Position numbers and translations under genes: made by a program
Notes under the pieces: generated by a model
Told to the model about the DNA's origin: nothing
Databases searched by the model: none
The model's input: the letters and a program-made list of their open reading frames with translations, nothing else
Assembly: GCF_963921235.1 (NCBI RefSeq)
Contig: NC_086097.1
Coordinates: forward strand, 177,012,001 to 177,076,000
Source of the DNA: Mobula hypostoma
Lineage: Eukaryota
Reading direction: 5' to 3'
Length of the DNA: 64,000 nt
Shown here: in pieces, positions 1-12,042 of the stretch
How the letters are laid out: each line of letters begins with the position of its first letter
Numbering within the stretch: position 1 is the first letter of the stretch

Positions 1-318
1 CCCATTACTGTCACAAAGGAGGTATAGGAGGATCAGGATATGGACCGCCAGACTGGCGAACAGCTTTTCCCCTCAGACTGCGAAACTAATGAGTACCCTT
101 TCACTACCGAGGTCTCAGCAGTAACACAACGAGTTATTTACTGTTTACTGCTTATTGTTTACCTGTGCTTTGAATTATATCTTATTAACTTATTTGTAGT
201 AATATTTTTGTTTTATGTGCTGAGTGTGATATATGTTTTGTGGGTGCACCATGGTCCAGAAGAACATTGTTTCATTTGGTTATGTGTACAGTCAGATGAC
301 AATGATCTTGAACTTGAA
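1..318 (+). mobile_element. 3' end of a Rex1/Babar-like LINE (decayed)
   Basis: Remnant of the ORF end ('ggaggtataggaggatcagg...cagctttttcccctcagact'), T-rich 3' UTR and short tandem tail (cttgaa)2; the same architecture recurs elsewhere in the window. Confidence 0.5.
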
Positions 319-1258
319 AATTCCAAAGGCTTACATTCATCTGAGTGAATAAAATTCTGTTTGTCTCTGATCCAAATGATAAACCCTTATCCTTATTCCA
401 TGACCTCTATTTACAGAGTGCCAAGCCACAGGGAACAATCTCTCTTCATCCAATACATCAAGCTCTCTTAAGTATTTTATATGGTCCAGTGGGTTCTTCT
501 CCTTGCACATTCTCTAAGGCTATTGATCTACCACATTCAATATCATTGGACAGGCCTCTCATCTCAAATATTAATGCAGTGAATATTTGTTGCGCAGTGT
601 CATTGAGTCACTTACACAGAAAAAGACCCCACAGCTACAGAAGTCCATTCTGACCATCAAATTTGAGTTTATTGTTGGATGCACAGGTTTAAATTTACAG
701 GAATAAATCTTGCACTGATTTACATTGAACATACATTATTCTCCCCACATTCTCATTAACTCACTACTTCCCACGGCTACCGCTGGACAGAAAGTTCAGA
801 AGCCTGAAGTCCCACTCACAGCTGCTTCCCTTCAGCTGCTTGGTCCTTGAACCAACTTGAACAATTCAAATCACCCCCTCAGAATAGCAACATTGTGACC
901 ACCGTGAGCACCTTGCGCGACAAATGACTTCTGTTCTAATTGTGATCCTTCTTGTAAAAGACTCTGCATAATTTGTGTTTGATTTTTTTTTGCGAATGCC
1001 ACTTTTCTGATGCTACATGCCTGTGATGCTGTTGCAGGTATGTTTTTCATTGGACCTGTGCAGTCAAGATTCAAGACTGTTTAATGTCATTTCCTGTACA
1101 CAGGTTTGAGGAGAACAAAATAATTGTTACTCCAAATCCAGTACAGCACAAAAAAATAAAAAACACAAAAGATAACACAATAATAATAATAAAACACAAT
1201 AAAAATAAATACATAAGATAGCTTATGTACATAGATTGAATGTATATCCATAAAGTGA

Positions 1259-1357
1259 GTTAGTCCTGATGAAGGGTCTCGGCCTGAAACGTCGACTGCG
1301 CCTCTTCCTATAGATGCTGCTTGGCCTGCTGCGTTCACCAGCAACTTTGATGTGTGT
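1259..1357 (+). mobile_element. 99-bp Penelope-derived non-autonomous insertion carrying a hammerhead ribozyme
   Basis: Flanked by 12-bp direct repeat TCCATAAAGTGA (1247-1258 and 1358-1369); matches the arms at 15398-15487 and 23981-24082. Confidence 0.8.
1261..1298 (+). ncRNA. Minimal type I hammerhead ribozyme motif
   Basis: Stem I TAGTC/GACTG; core CTGATGA (1266-1272); extra A; stem II GGGT-CTCG-GCCT; GAAA; loopless palindromic stem III (ACGT); GTC cleavage triplet at 1291-1293. Confidence 0.75.
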
Positions 1358-2214
1358 TCCATAAAGTGATATTAGGTTGTACAGAAGGTAACTGACAGGA
1401 AATAATAAAGTAGTGATGGAGTTAATGGGTGGAAGTGTTGATCAATCTTACTGCTTGAGGAAAGTAACCGGTTTTGAGTCTGGTGGTTCTGACATGGCTG
1501 CAATTCCCACCTCCCCGCTTCCTGGTGGGAGAGGGATGGATGATCCACAAGCAGGGTGTGTGGCATCCTTCATGTTACTGGCCATTTTCTGGGACCTTTC
1601 TGCATATATGTCCTTAATGCCGGGTAGACTGGTGCCAGTGATGCAGTAAGCAGTTTTGACTACCTGTTGTAGACCCTCCTGTCCGCCGTAGTGCAGTTAC
1701 CATACTAAGCAGTGATGCAGCCTGTCAGGATGGTCTCTACTGCATATCTGTAGAATGACGTGAATAGCAGCGTTGAATGCTGAACTGAAATCCAGAAACA
1801 GCATTCTAACATGTGTCAGAGCGTATATGTATGTATTTGTACAAGTGATAATAAACCGATATCCCACACAAGTGTTTTGTGTATTGCTTCAGAGTCTAGT
1901 ATCTGTAGTCTTGTGTGTCTCTGGCAATAAACTCAACTTTGATCTAAAACTCTCTCAGGACAAAATACAGTGACCAATTGACCAATCAATCCTCATATCT
2001 TTGTGTTGGGGGAAGAGAGGAAACCAGGGCATCCAGGCCAAAGCCACACATTCAGTGGCGGAACATGAAAAATCATCTCGTATTTATTTTGGTTAGAAGA
2101 TACTGATCAATCAGATTAAATTAGCAGTTCTCATGACATCCACGATACTGGCATGTCCCTTCCAGATTGATGTAATCCTGTTGTATTGTAGGAGGCCAAT
2201 TTGTATACAGCAAT

Positions 2215-3610
2215 CTCTCACAAATAGTAATGCGATAGAACAATACAGCACAGGAACAGGTCCTTCGGCCCATCTGGTCCATGCTGAAACCATTTAAACT
2301 GCCTACTGACATCGACCAGCTCCGGGACCATAGCCCTCTATATCCTTACTCTCCATGTACATACCAAAACTTCTCTGAAACAAATTAAACTAAATCCCTT
2401 CTTCCTGCACATGATCCATATCTCTCCACTCCCTGCATATTTATGTGCCTATCTTAAACCTCTTGAATGCTACTACTGTCTCTGCTTCCACCTCTACCCC
2501 AGGCAGACCGTTCCAGGCACCACCATTCTCTGTGTAATGTTACGAGAATACACATAAAATTAAGATGTTTGCTGGCCTGGGCTAGCATCAGTGGCATCAG
2601 CAGTTGGTCTGCCACCTGCCCTCAGGGGAAGGAGAGATAAGGAACAATGGAGCAGCGTCTGGAGATGTGTAATGAAGGGATGTGGGAGAGAGAGCTGTCT
2701 GGAGCGGCTCCCCCCCCTTTGAACCCTGAACTGTTTGAAGTGATGGACAGGCGATACCCCAGCAGGGGGATAAAAAGGGACAGGTTCGCTAAGACAGACA
2801 CACACGCCACCCGAGGTAACGAGACCCTGGAAGCGGTGCGCCTCTCACGAGTGGGTGAGAACTATCAGACAACGACAAGGGTGGAAAGGTACGATCAGCG
2901 GGAACCCGGTGTGTGTCCGCCCTTGCCTGGGTGCCGGGTTCACTGCAGAGGATCGACCGCATCTGGAGGAGGGGTCACAGTCGGTGACCTCAGGTGACAT
3001 CACCAAGGACCCGCCCAAATGCTGTTTGTGAGCCATCCCGCTGGTCTGTGAGTGAAGCCGTTCTGAATGATCAGTTGTTCCTATTCTATCTCTCTCTTCC
3101 CCCACGTTGTCCACCGCCATGGCAATGATTACTGCGAACTGAACTACTAACTGGACTGAACTTTGAGTAATTTTGAAATTGGTCATTTACCCCTAGACAA
3201 CGATAGAGCTTGATTGATGCTGTTATCTTAATGCTGTGCACATGTGTGTTTATCATCACTGAACTGTTGCATTTATTATCCTTTCGATTACTGTGTTGCT
3301 TGTTTCTTTAATAAAACTTTCTTAGTTCTAGTACTCCAGACTCCAACTGAGTGATCCATTTCTGCTGGTTTGGCAACCCAGTTACGGGGTACGTAACAGT
3401 AAAAAAAAATTCCCCATACATCTCCTTTAAACTTTCCCCCTCTCACCTTAAAGCTAGGCCTTCTAATTCTCAACATTTCTACTCAGAAAAAGATTCTGGA
3501 TGCCTTCCCTATCCGCACCTCTCCTAATGTTATAAACTTTCTATCAAATCGCCTTTCAGCTTCTGACACAACAGAGATAACAATCCATGTTTGTCCAATC
3601 ATTTCTTTTA
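2215..3610 (-). mobile_element. Old CR1 LINE 3' fragments, split by a solo LTR; continue at 7441-7575 beyond the hAT element
   Basis: Minus-strand remnants such as FKVRGGKFKGDV (ORF 3288-3476) and ESLERVQKRF (ORF 7355-7699) match the CR1 ORF2 C-terminus seen intact at 51956-54718. Confidence 0.65.
2538..3398 (+). mobile_element. Solo LTR (861 bp), probably Ty3/Gypsy
   Basis: Ends TGTTACG...CGTAACA (terminal inverted repeat, TG..CA); 4-bp TSD GTAA (2534-2537, 3399-3402); TATA-like GATAAAA near 2770 and AATAAA near 3311. Confidence 0.85.
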
Positions 3611-3692
3611 GCTTATAGCAGCCTTTCTCAACCTTTTTGTCCTTGAGGAATAGTTGAAATAATGTTCAGGTCTCAGGGAACCCTTGCATAGC

Positions 3693-4681
3693 TTCTCTCG
3701 TGTGCCTCCTCACATCCTCCCTCCCATGGTTCTGTGAGCTCTACCAGAATGATTTTCTTGTCTTCAGTGGACCACAGTACAACGTCTGGCAAAGTATGGC
3801 TTGTACCACTTCTGAGAACTGCTGCTTCCTCCCCACATCGGCCCTCATCCTCCATGATTTGGCAGTTTGCAGCAGATTGGATTTTGGCCTCTTTGATATG
3901 ACTGGCATGGCCCTCTCCTTGATGAAAACGACTGCCCTGTTTGCCCCTCTGCCACCTGGTCTCTTTTTACACGTCTCCTGTTCCAGTGTGTCAGCAAGGG
4001 ACAGCAGGACCTTGTCATGGCGCCACCTATACTGTCCTTGTGTTAAAGCTGTTTTGCATCCTGACAGTACGTGTGCCAGTGAACCTCGCTGACCTCAAAG
4101 CTTGCAGTTAGGGTCCTCTCTCAGCCCCCATGTGCGCAGCTGTGATGGTATAGAGAAGGGTTCAGGAGGAAAGAAATGTGGAAGGGCTCCAGTCTCTAAA
4201 GCACTGCCCCAGTGATCTTGTAATTGGGAAGATCCCAATTTGTCCAGGCACCCTGAGACCCCAACTCCACTGCCTTTGATACCCGCTTTTCATCCTCACA
4301 GTTCTGCACCTCTGCCTGGACCATGTCATGCCTATCCATTGCATTTACACTCCCCCATCATTGGAAGTGTGCTGAGATGAGGCCTTGCCATCCCAGGCAT
4401 AGGTTGCCAATGATGTCTCTCAATTGCAGAAGCTTACTGCCTGGTCTGTGGTCGAGTTGGCGGCCACTTTCCCGCTTGGTTTATTAGCTTGTCATTTGAG
4501 CCCCTCAGTGTTAACACAACTCTGCACTTTGCCACCTTGAATTCCTCCACTACTGATAACAATGGGAGTTGTAGCTGGCCTGATCTTATGTAAAACCCCA
4601 CTGAAGAAAGACTTGGGGGGGATCCCCAGCCACCTCTGCAGGGGCTTGTTGACTTTCCTCTCGCTGCCTTCTGCAGTGGTA
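3693..4681 (-). pseudogene. Internal fragment of a HERO-like non-LTR retrotransposon ORF (post-RT region, CCHC-like knuckle, restriction-like endonuclease)
   Basis: Translations ERKVNKPLQRWLGIPP, ...SLAHVLSGCKTALTQGQYRWRHDKVL, and PDVVLWSTEDKKIILVELTEPWEGGCEEAHER (PD...E motif of REL endonucleases); frameshifted. Confidence 0.7.
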
Positions 4682-5169
4682 TATCTAATTATTATATCTA
4701 CAGCATACAGTACGTTAGCCAATCAGTAAGTCGTAGATATAATAAACCAAACGTAATTGTCAATGCTCTTTTGAGTAGAGATTGAATTTTTAGCTAACCT
4801 TTCTTGAAATAAAACAGGTAGTTAAGCTTAGCTTACATTTCTTGAAATTAATCTCTTTCTTTCCCTTTCATTAATTTTAAAAACTCGTAAGACAAACATA
4901 ATAAATTTCTGTTGAATAACTGGCTTAAGCCAAAATGGGATTTCATTTTTCTAAAGGTAGGCTCAGTAGATTTAATTTAAATAAAGGTTGTAAATTGGTT
5001 TTAATTAATGCTATTTACAACATGAAAATTTATTGACAATCTTAAATCATAATCACTAACAATCATAAGCCAAAGCAATATGATAAAAATATAGCCTAAG
5101 ACAGAATTTTATATAAGACTTTGAAAAACATTTTCTTACTAAGTGACATGATCAGGCTCAAATCTAGAC

Positions 5170-7080
5170 CTAGCATGTGAAACCTGTGCTTGTTTTTAGC
5201 TGCACAAATACTTAATTCTGGGTCAAACTTGAGATAAACACACATGGTTTTCACCTTCAACTGAAATGAAACGATTTCTATCCTTGCTCTTGATGCTTGT
5301 TAAACAAGAAAAAACTTGCTCACACATGTAAGAAGTTGAAAACTTCAGCAAAATGTTCATTGCTTTCCTATGAATAGCAGTATATTCTTCTTTCACAGAA
5401 ATCCAGAACTTGTCCAGGGGCAGGTCAGTAAATCTCATCTTGAGGGCACGATCAGAGTGCAGCTCTCCAAGTTCTTCCTCTTCTCTCAAAGTCAAGTTCA
5501 CAGGCTGAGCAGGAGATTCAGAGAAAAAGTACCTCACCCAGTCATACACTTGTGTTGAAAGGGAGGAAAAATACTGCTCAATTTTGTTCTGCTGTTCTTT
5601 TGGGTGGTTTTCTATAACTCTCGAGACTTTATGATATCCTTCCTCACTCTCAAACCCAAGCAGCAGTGGAAACATTTCAAGATTTCCTTTTGCAAAATTA
5701 TTTTTCCAAAGATTCGGTTTCCTTTTCAATCCAAAAATCTGGTCACTTGAGGTCAACACATTTTCTCCAGGGCCTTGCAGAGACTTGTTCAACTGGTTCA
5801 TATAATGAAAAATATCTGCTAAGTAGGCTAGTTTCTGCAGCCATTCTTCATCTTCAAAGTACTCAGTAAAATCTGGCCTATCATTTTCTTGAAAGTACTT
5901 CAGCTATTTACCTTCAGCTCAAACAACCTGTTGAGAATTTTTCCTCTGCTAAGCCAACAGATTTCTGTATGTAGCAGGAAACTAGTGTGCTCTCTGTCCA
6001 GGTTTTCACACAGTTTTTTAAACATTCTTGGGCAAGCTAGTCTTTGTTTAATAAAGTTAACCAGTTTTGTAGCATCATCTAGAACTTGTTTCATTTCATC
6101 TCCAAGGGTTTTTGACATCAGCACCTTTCTGTGAAGAGAGCAGAGTGCTGTGATAGCATCAGGATAAAAGAAACAAAACCCCTCATGGAACCAACTATTG
6201 ATGGGGCACCATCAGTACAGAAGCAAAAACAGTTCCTCCAAGACACACCTTTAGTTTCCAGATATGAAGACAAAACATTAAATATATCTTGGCCTTTGCT
6301 TGTTTTGGACAGCTGTTTGCAATAGAAAAAGTTTTCTTGAATTTCAGCATCATTTACAAATTTTACAAATGCTATGACATGACATTTACTAGGGAAATCT
6401 GTTGACTCATCAACCTGAATAGAGAAGCTGTTTCATTTTCAGTTTATCACACAAAATCTCTCCAGCATCATGTGACATGTCATCAATATGTTGACTTATC
6501 GTCCTTTTTGTAAGTGAAACCTTTTCAATTTCTGGTGCTGCATCTTGCCCTTGCATTTTACCTGCTATAATTTTACATGCTAGCATCATTAGGTTCTCAT
6601 CAACTGTGTGACTTTTCTTTTCCTGGGTAATAAGTTTTGTTACTAAATAATTTGCTTCCTGGATCCTTTTACTGACTGTGACTTTATCAACAAAAGCTTT
6701 ACATTGTTTGTTTTGAGATTCCAATAGCTGTTTAAAATAATCAGCACATTCATGTGTCATATGGCTGTGATTTGTTAAGTGTCTTTTCAATTTTTCTGGA
6801 GCCTATGCTGCATTTGTAAGTAGTTTGCCACAGACTAGGCACAATGGAATAGGACAACTTGGATCTTCAGTCTATGTAAAAATTATTGAAAAGCAGTTTT
6901 CGTTGTAAAGCCGAACTCTTTCTTTGTGTCCGTTGTTGCACTAGTGCAGGGAAATGACTCAGAAGATTGTAATTCTTCATCATTAACCTCATCAGAATTG
7001 CCCGTAGACCTAGGCCTAGAATCCTCCTTTTCCATCTCACATCTCCTCTGCAAAAGTTGCCACAATGGATCGTTAGACAT
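5170..7080 (-). pseudogene. Disrupted hAT (Buster/ZBED5/SCAND3-like) transposase
   Basis: ORF fragments 6410-6790, 5900-6124 (LLHTEICWLSRGKILNRLFELK) and 5223-5801 (FSTSYMCEQVFSCLTSIKSKDRNR, hAT dimerisation region); multiple stops and frameshifts. Confidence 0.85.
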
Positions 7081-8469
7081 GTCTGTAAATCACAGGGGTT
7101 AATAAAATACTCCTGTGTATTTTACACAGAGAGAGGGTGACATCACAGCCCAAGTTGGGTGAGTGCATGCAATGCTCGGAAAACGCACTTCACACTCCTC
7201 ATCAGCCTACTGTCCTCCCCTCCGTACTCAACCAAATAAATATGGTGCTACTGCGTACTGCCAACTGGGCTGAGAAATCTCGAACAAGATTGCTAGCGGG
7301 GCTGCTCGGTCATTGTCCACCGCCATGAGCATCAGCATCACGCATTGCATAAAGTTAAAAAACAATGTTTTTTTTAATCACAATCTCTTGCTGAACTCTA
7401 GGGTTCCGCGGAACCCCAGATGAGAAACCCTGGCCTATACACTGTAATTTAGACAGCTTCCAGATGAACCTCTTCTGCACCCTTTCCAAAGACTCTACGG
7501 CCTTCCTGTAACAGGACAAACAGAAATACACAAAATGATCCAAATGCAGCCTCTTCAAAGTTTTGTTTAACTGCAGCATGAATGAGTGATGGTGCATGAA
7601 TAAGCTTTCAGGAAGTTTGTCTGAGGGATAAATATTTCTTATCTTTCCTGCCTCCCTCCCACTGGGCAGAAAATACAAAATTCTGAAGGGACATGCCACC
7701 AGGTAGACCTTTCAGACTTTATAAAAAAAAGGAAGATGGACCCTTGACTCTACCTTCTAACTCATTATGACCTTGCACCTTATTTTCTACCTGCACTGCA
7801 CTTTCTCTGTAACTGTAACACGATATTCTGCTTTCGGTTATTGTTTTCTCTTGTTCTACCTCATTGTTTTGTTGCAATGAAATAATCTGTATGGATGGCA
7901 TACGAAACAAATTTTTCACTGTACTTTGGTACATGTGAAAATAATGAACTAATTTACCAATATTGGCCCCAATTCATAGGGAATAAAGCTGCATTTCTTC
8001 TGTGAGGTTGTTTCCATCTGATCCTATTTAACCACAAAGGCAGCATGCAGAGCTACTTAATGTCACATAAAAAGATCAGAAATGTTGAGAAGAATGGAGA
8101 AACTTGTCTAGCTTATTGCACAATATCATGCATTTCTACATCATTAGTTTTCTCATCCTAGATATAGGCTCATCTCATTATATATAAAAAATTATGTTCA
8201 ATACATGAGGAAACATTGAATGGCAGTGCAGATTAGAATTTATATTGATGTGCATGGAACTTAGAATCTACGAGGAAATATTAAGCCTATCTTCAGTTGC
8301 TGCTATTCCTATTGCAGCTAGTAAAATTTAATACTTATAATATTTTGGAAATCCAAAATACTTAAGCTGAATTAAGATGGTTATCTGATGTAACTGAAAC
8401 TAAATTAAAGTGCTCTAAAATTAGGCATCATGTTTGGACAATGCTACAAAATAAATGTAGTTACCAGTA

Positions 8470-8630
8470 ACACAAAAGATTCTATAGATGCTCGAAATCT
8501 TGAACATCACACACTAAGTGCTGGAGGAACTTAGCAAGCCAGGCTGCATCTATGGAGAGAAACGAGCAGTCAATTCTTTGGGTCAAGACCCTTCATCAGG
8601 ACTGGAAAGGAAAGGAACAGAAGTCACAAG
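8470..8630 (-). mobile_element. Degenerate Penelope-derived hammerhead-family element
   Basis: '...ggtcaagacccttcatcaggactgg' is the reverse complement of the CTGATGA-AGGGTC motif; the GAAAC half is decayed. Confidence 0.6.
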
Positions 8631-8883
8631 ATGATGGGGGAAGGAGGACCAGTAAACTGCTGAAAACACATATGTTAGAATAGTTACGGTAAATGACTTG
8701 CAGCAATTGAATTAAGGTGGTTAAGTGCTAGCACTGGGATACCTCTTCAAAATTCTTATGCAGCATTTGAAGAGGCTGGCCCTCCAAAGCTCTTTGTGCC
8801 TCAAGTTCCAGAGATCAATCAAGCACGACACTGAGTAAGCAACCTTTTGAATTTGATGATGGTGTTGGCCAGCTTTCAAAGTA

Positions 8884-9375
8884 GAAAGTTTCTAAGAAAA
8901 GATGCGTTGGTGTTGGAAAGGGTCCAAAGGAGGTTTACAAGAATGATCCCACATATGAAAGAGTTAACATATGAGGAGCATTTGAGAGCTCTGGGCCTGT
9001 ACTCATTGCAGTTTAGAAGAATGATGAGAATCTCATTGCAGCCTATCAAATATTGAAATGTCTGGATAAAGTGGATGTGGAGAGGATGTGTCCTATAGTG
9101 GGGGAGTCTAGGACCAGAGGGCACAGCTTCAGAACTGAGGGATGTCCATTTAGAACAGACATGAGGAAAATTTTCTTAAGCCAAAGTGTGGTGAATCTAT
9201 GGAATCCACTGCCCAGGCCAAGTCACTGAGTATATTTATGACAGAGGTTGGTAGTTCTTGATTAATTAAGGAGCCAAAGGTTACAGGGGTGAGAGGGATA
9301 ATAAATCAGCCCTGATGGAATGGTGGAGCAGACTCAATGGGCTGAATGGCCCGTGTCTAATGGTCTTATGGTCTT
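8884..9375 (+). mobile_element. CR1 LINE 3' fragment
   Basis: LRKDALVLERVQRRFTRMIP...LGLYSL; 3' UTR 'gactcaatgggctgaatggcc' with gtcttatg-type tail. Confidence 0.8.
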
Positions 9376-9862
9376 ACTTCCACCTCATCCACTGGTGTAT
9401 TTATTAATTCTCTCTCCCTCTCTGGATTTTTTGGCTCAATTCATCCAGCCTTGCTACAACCACTGCAGTGAGGGGTAGAAGTCCAGACATGTTTATCTAC
9501 TTCTTCTATTTGTGTCAGACTAAGTAACAGGTAGGCAGCTTTATCGGCATGAGTAAGTTGGGCCGAATGGCCTCTTTCCCTGTTGTGTTACTGTACTGCA
9601 CTGTGATGGGTTGGACAAATTTGGATTGTCCTCCCTCGAGTTTCAAAGGTTGAGGGGAGATCTGACAGAGGTCATTTTGAGAGGCACAGACAGAGCAGAC
9701 AATCAGAATCATATCCCTAGGTAGAAATGTCAATTCCAGAGGTTATAGGGTAAGTTTATAGGTTGTGTGACAGGCATCTTTTTTTCCTCAGAGAGTGGTA
9801 GATGCCTGTAAGAAGCTGCCAAGCTGCCAAGGGTATATGGCCATAGGGGTGTTCTGCACTGT

Positions 9863-10068
9863 AAACACAAAATAATCTGCAGATGCTGGGGTCAAAGCAA
9901 CACTCATAACACGCTGGAGGAACTCAGCAGGTCAGGCAGCATCCGTGAAAAAGATCGGTCGATGTTTCGGGCTGGGTCCTGACGAAGGGTTCCGGCCCGA
10001 AACGTCAACCAATCTTTTCCACGGATGCTGCCTGACCTGCTGAGTTCCTCCAGCGTGTTAAGAACGTG
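9863..10068. mobile_element. Palindromic Penelope-derived element with hammerhead motif
   Basis: Inverted arms ~9908-9972 and ~9995-10060; core CTGACGA at 9979-9985, stem II GGGT-TCCG-GCCC, GAAAC-GTC at 9999-10006. Confidence 0.75.
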
Positions 10069-11404
10069 CTGATGATAGGGCAAAATTGCAGTCAAATAGA
10101 TGAGTTGAAATGTAGAATGCAGACAAGTTCGAAAAAGATGAATGCAGGACTGAAGGTGTTATATTTGAATGCACACAATATGCCAAATAAGGTTCAGATT
10201 ACAGATTGGTATGTATGATGTTGTGAGCATCACTAAATCATGGCTGATAGAAGATTATCGATAGGAGCTTAACATCCAAGGATACACATTACATCGAAAG
10301 ACAGGCAGGTAGGCAGAGAGGGAGGTGTGGCTCTGTTGGTAAAAAGATTAAATCAAATCATAAGAAAGAGGTGACATAGGATAGGAAGGTGTTAAGTCAT
10401 TGTGGGTAGAGCTAAGGAACTGCGTGTAAAAAGGCCCTAATGAGAGTTACATATGGACTCCCTAATAGTAGTAAAGATATGGTCTACAAATTACAACAGG
10501 GGATAGAAAATGCATGTCAAAAGTCTATGTTACAATCATCATGAGGGATTTCAATACGTAGGTAAAGTGGGAAAATCAGGTTGAAGCTGGCTCTCAAGAG
10601 AGGAATTTCTAGAATGCCTATGAGATAGTTTTTTAGAGCAGCTCATGGTTCAGCCCACTAGGGGATCAGTTATTCTGGATGGGAGTTATGCAATAAACTG
10701 GAATTGATTAGGGAGCTTCAGGTAAAGGAATACATAGGGAACAGTGATCATAATATGATAGAATGTACCCTGCAATTTGGAATGCTAAAGTCAGATATAT
10801 CATTATTACAGTGGAGCAAGGGGAATTACAGAGACATGAGAGAGGAGTTGGCCAAAATTGATTGGAAAGGAACACTGGCAGGGATGACAGCAGAGCCACA
10901 ATGGCTGAGAGTCATTCTGAAGGTGCAGGATATATATATATATTCCAAAGAAGAAGCATTCTTAAGGCAGGATGACACAACCATGGCTGACAAGAGAAGT
11001 CAAAGCTGACATGAAAGACAAAGGAAGTGCATATAATAGAGCAAATGCTAATGGGAAGTTAGAGGATTCAAGAGCGTTCAAAAACCAGAAGGCAACTACA
11101 AAAGTTATAAAGAAAGAAAAGATAGAATATGAAGGTAGCATATCCAATAATATTAAAGAAGCTACTTCAGATATATAAAAGTGTAAAAGAGAAGTGAGTA
11201 TAGATATCGGACCACTAGAAAACGATGCTGGAGAGGTAGTAATCGGGGACAAGGAAATGACAGATGAACTGAATAAGAATTTTTCACCAGCCTTCACTGT
11301 GGAAGACACTAAACATATGGCAGAAGTTCCAGAGTGTCAGGGGGCAGAAGTGTGTGAAGTTACCACAGCTAGAGAGAAGGCTCTTAGAAAACTGAAAGGT
11401 CTTG

Positions 11405-12042
11405 TACTTTATATTTTATACTTTATTGTCACCAAACAATTGATACTAGAGCGTACAATCATCGCAGTGATATTTGATTCTGCTCTTCATGCTCCCAGGA
11501 GTACAAATCGATAGTAAATATTAAAAATTTAAATTATAAATCATAAATAGAAAATAGAAAATGGAAAGTAAAGTAGTGCAAAAAAAACCAAGAGGCAGGT
11601 CCGGATATTTGGAGGGTACATCCCAGATCCGGCTCAGGATCTGTTCAGCAGTCTTATCACAAATCTGGCCGTATGAGTCTTCAAGCTCCTGTGTCTTCTC
11701 CCGGAGGGAAAAGGGACGAAAAGTATGTTGGCTGGGTGGGTCGTGTCCTTGTTTATCCTGGCAGCACTGCTCCGACAGCGTGCGATGTAAAGTGAGTCCA
11801 AGGATGGAAGATTGGTTTGTGTGATGTGCTGGGCTGTGTTCACGATCTTCTGCAGCTTCTTCCGGCCTCGGACAGGACAACTTCTATGCCAGGTTGTGAT
11901 ACACTCCAGAAGAATGCTTTCTACGGTGCATCTATAAAAATTATTGAGGGTTTTAGGGGACAGGCCAAGTTTCCTTAGCTTCCGCAGGAAGTAAAGGCTC
12001 TGGTGGGACTTCTTGGCAGTGGACTCTGCTTGGTTGGACCAA
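11405..12042 (-). mobile_element. Rex1/Babar-like LINE 3' fragment inserted into CR1
   Basis: LTWSNQAESTAKKSHQSLYFLRKLRKLGLSPKTLNNFYRCTVESIL, the C-terminal region typical of this LINE group; breaks the host CR1 between LKG and DKPPG. Confidence 0.75.

Larger units (their letters stand above)
1066..1770 (-). mobile_element. 3' end of a Rex1/Babar-like LINE, interrupted by a hammerhead mini-element
   Basis: Tail 'caagattcaag' on +; minus strand resembles the other Rex1-like 3' ends here ('aaggatgccacacaccctgc...ttcctcaagcagtaaga'). Confidence 0.5.
3619..7432 (-). mobile_element. Full-length decayed hAT DNA transposon (Buster/Charlie type)
   Basis: Imperfect TIRs CAGCCTTTCTCA / CAGGGTTTCTCA (reverse complement of the right end); 8-bp TSD GCTTATAG (3611-3618) vs GCCTATAC (7433-7440) with the central TA typical of Buster targets; the CR1 host is contiguous across the insertion. 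Confidence 0.85.

Noticed and set aside
5223..6790. Domesticated ZBED5/SCAND3/FAM200-like host gene
   Set aside because: Multiple frameshifts and stops, with TIRs and TSD retained: a dead transposon copy.
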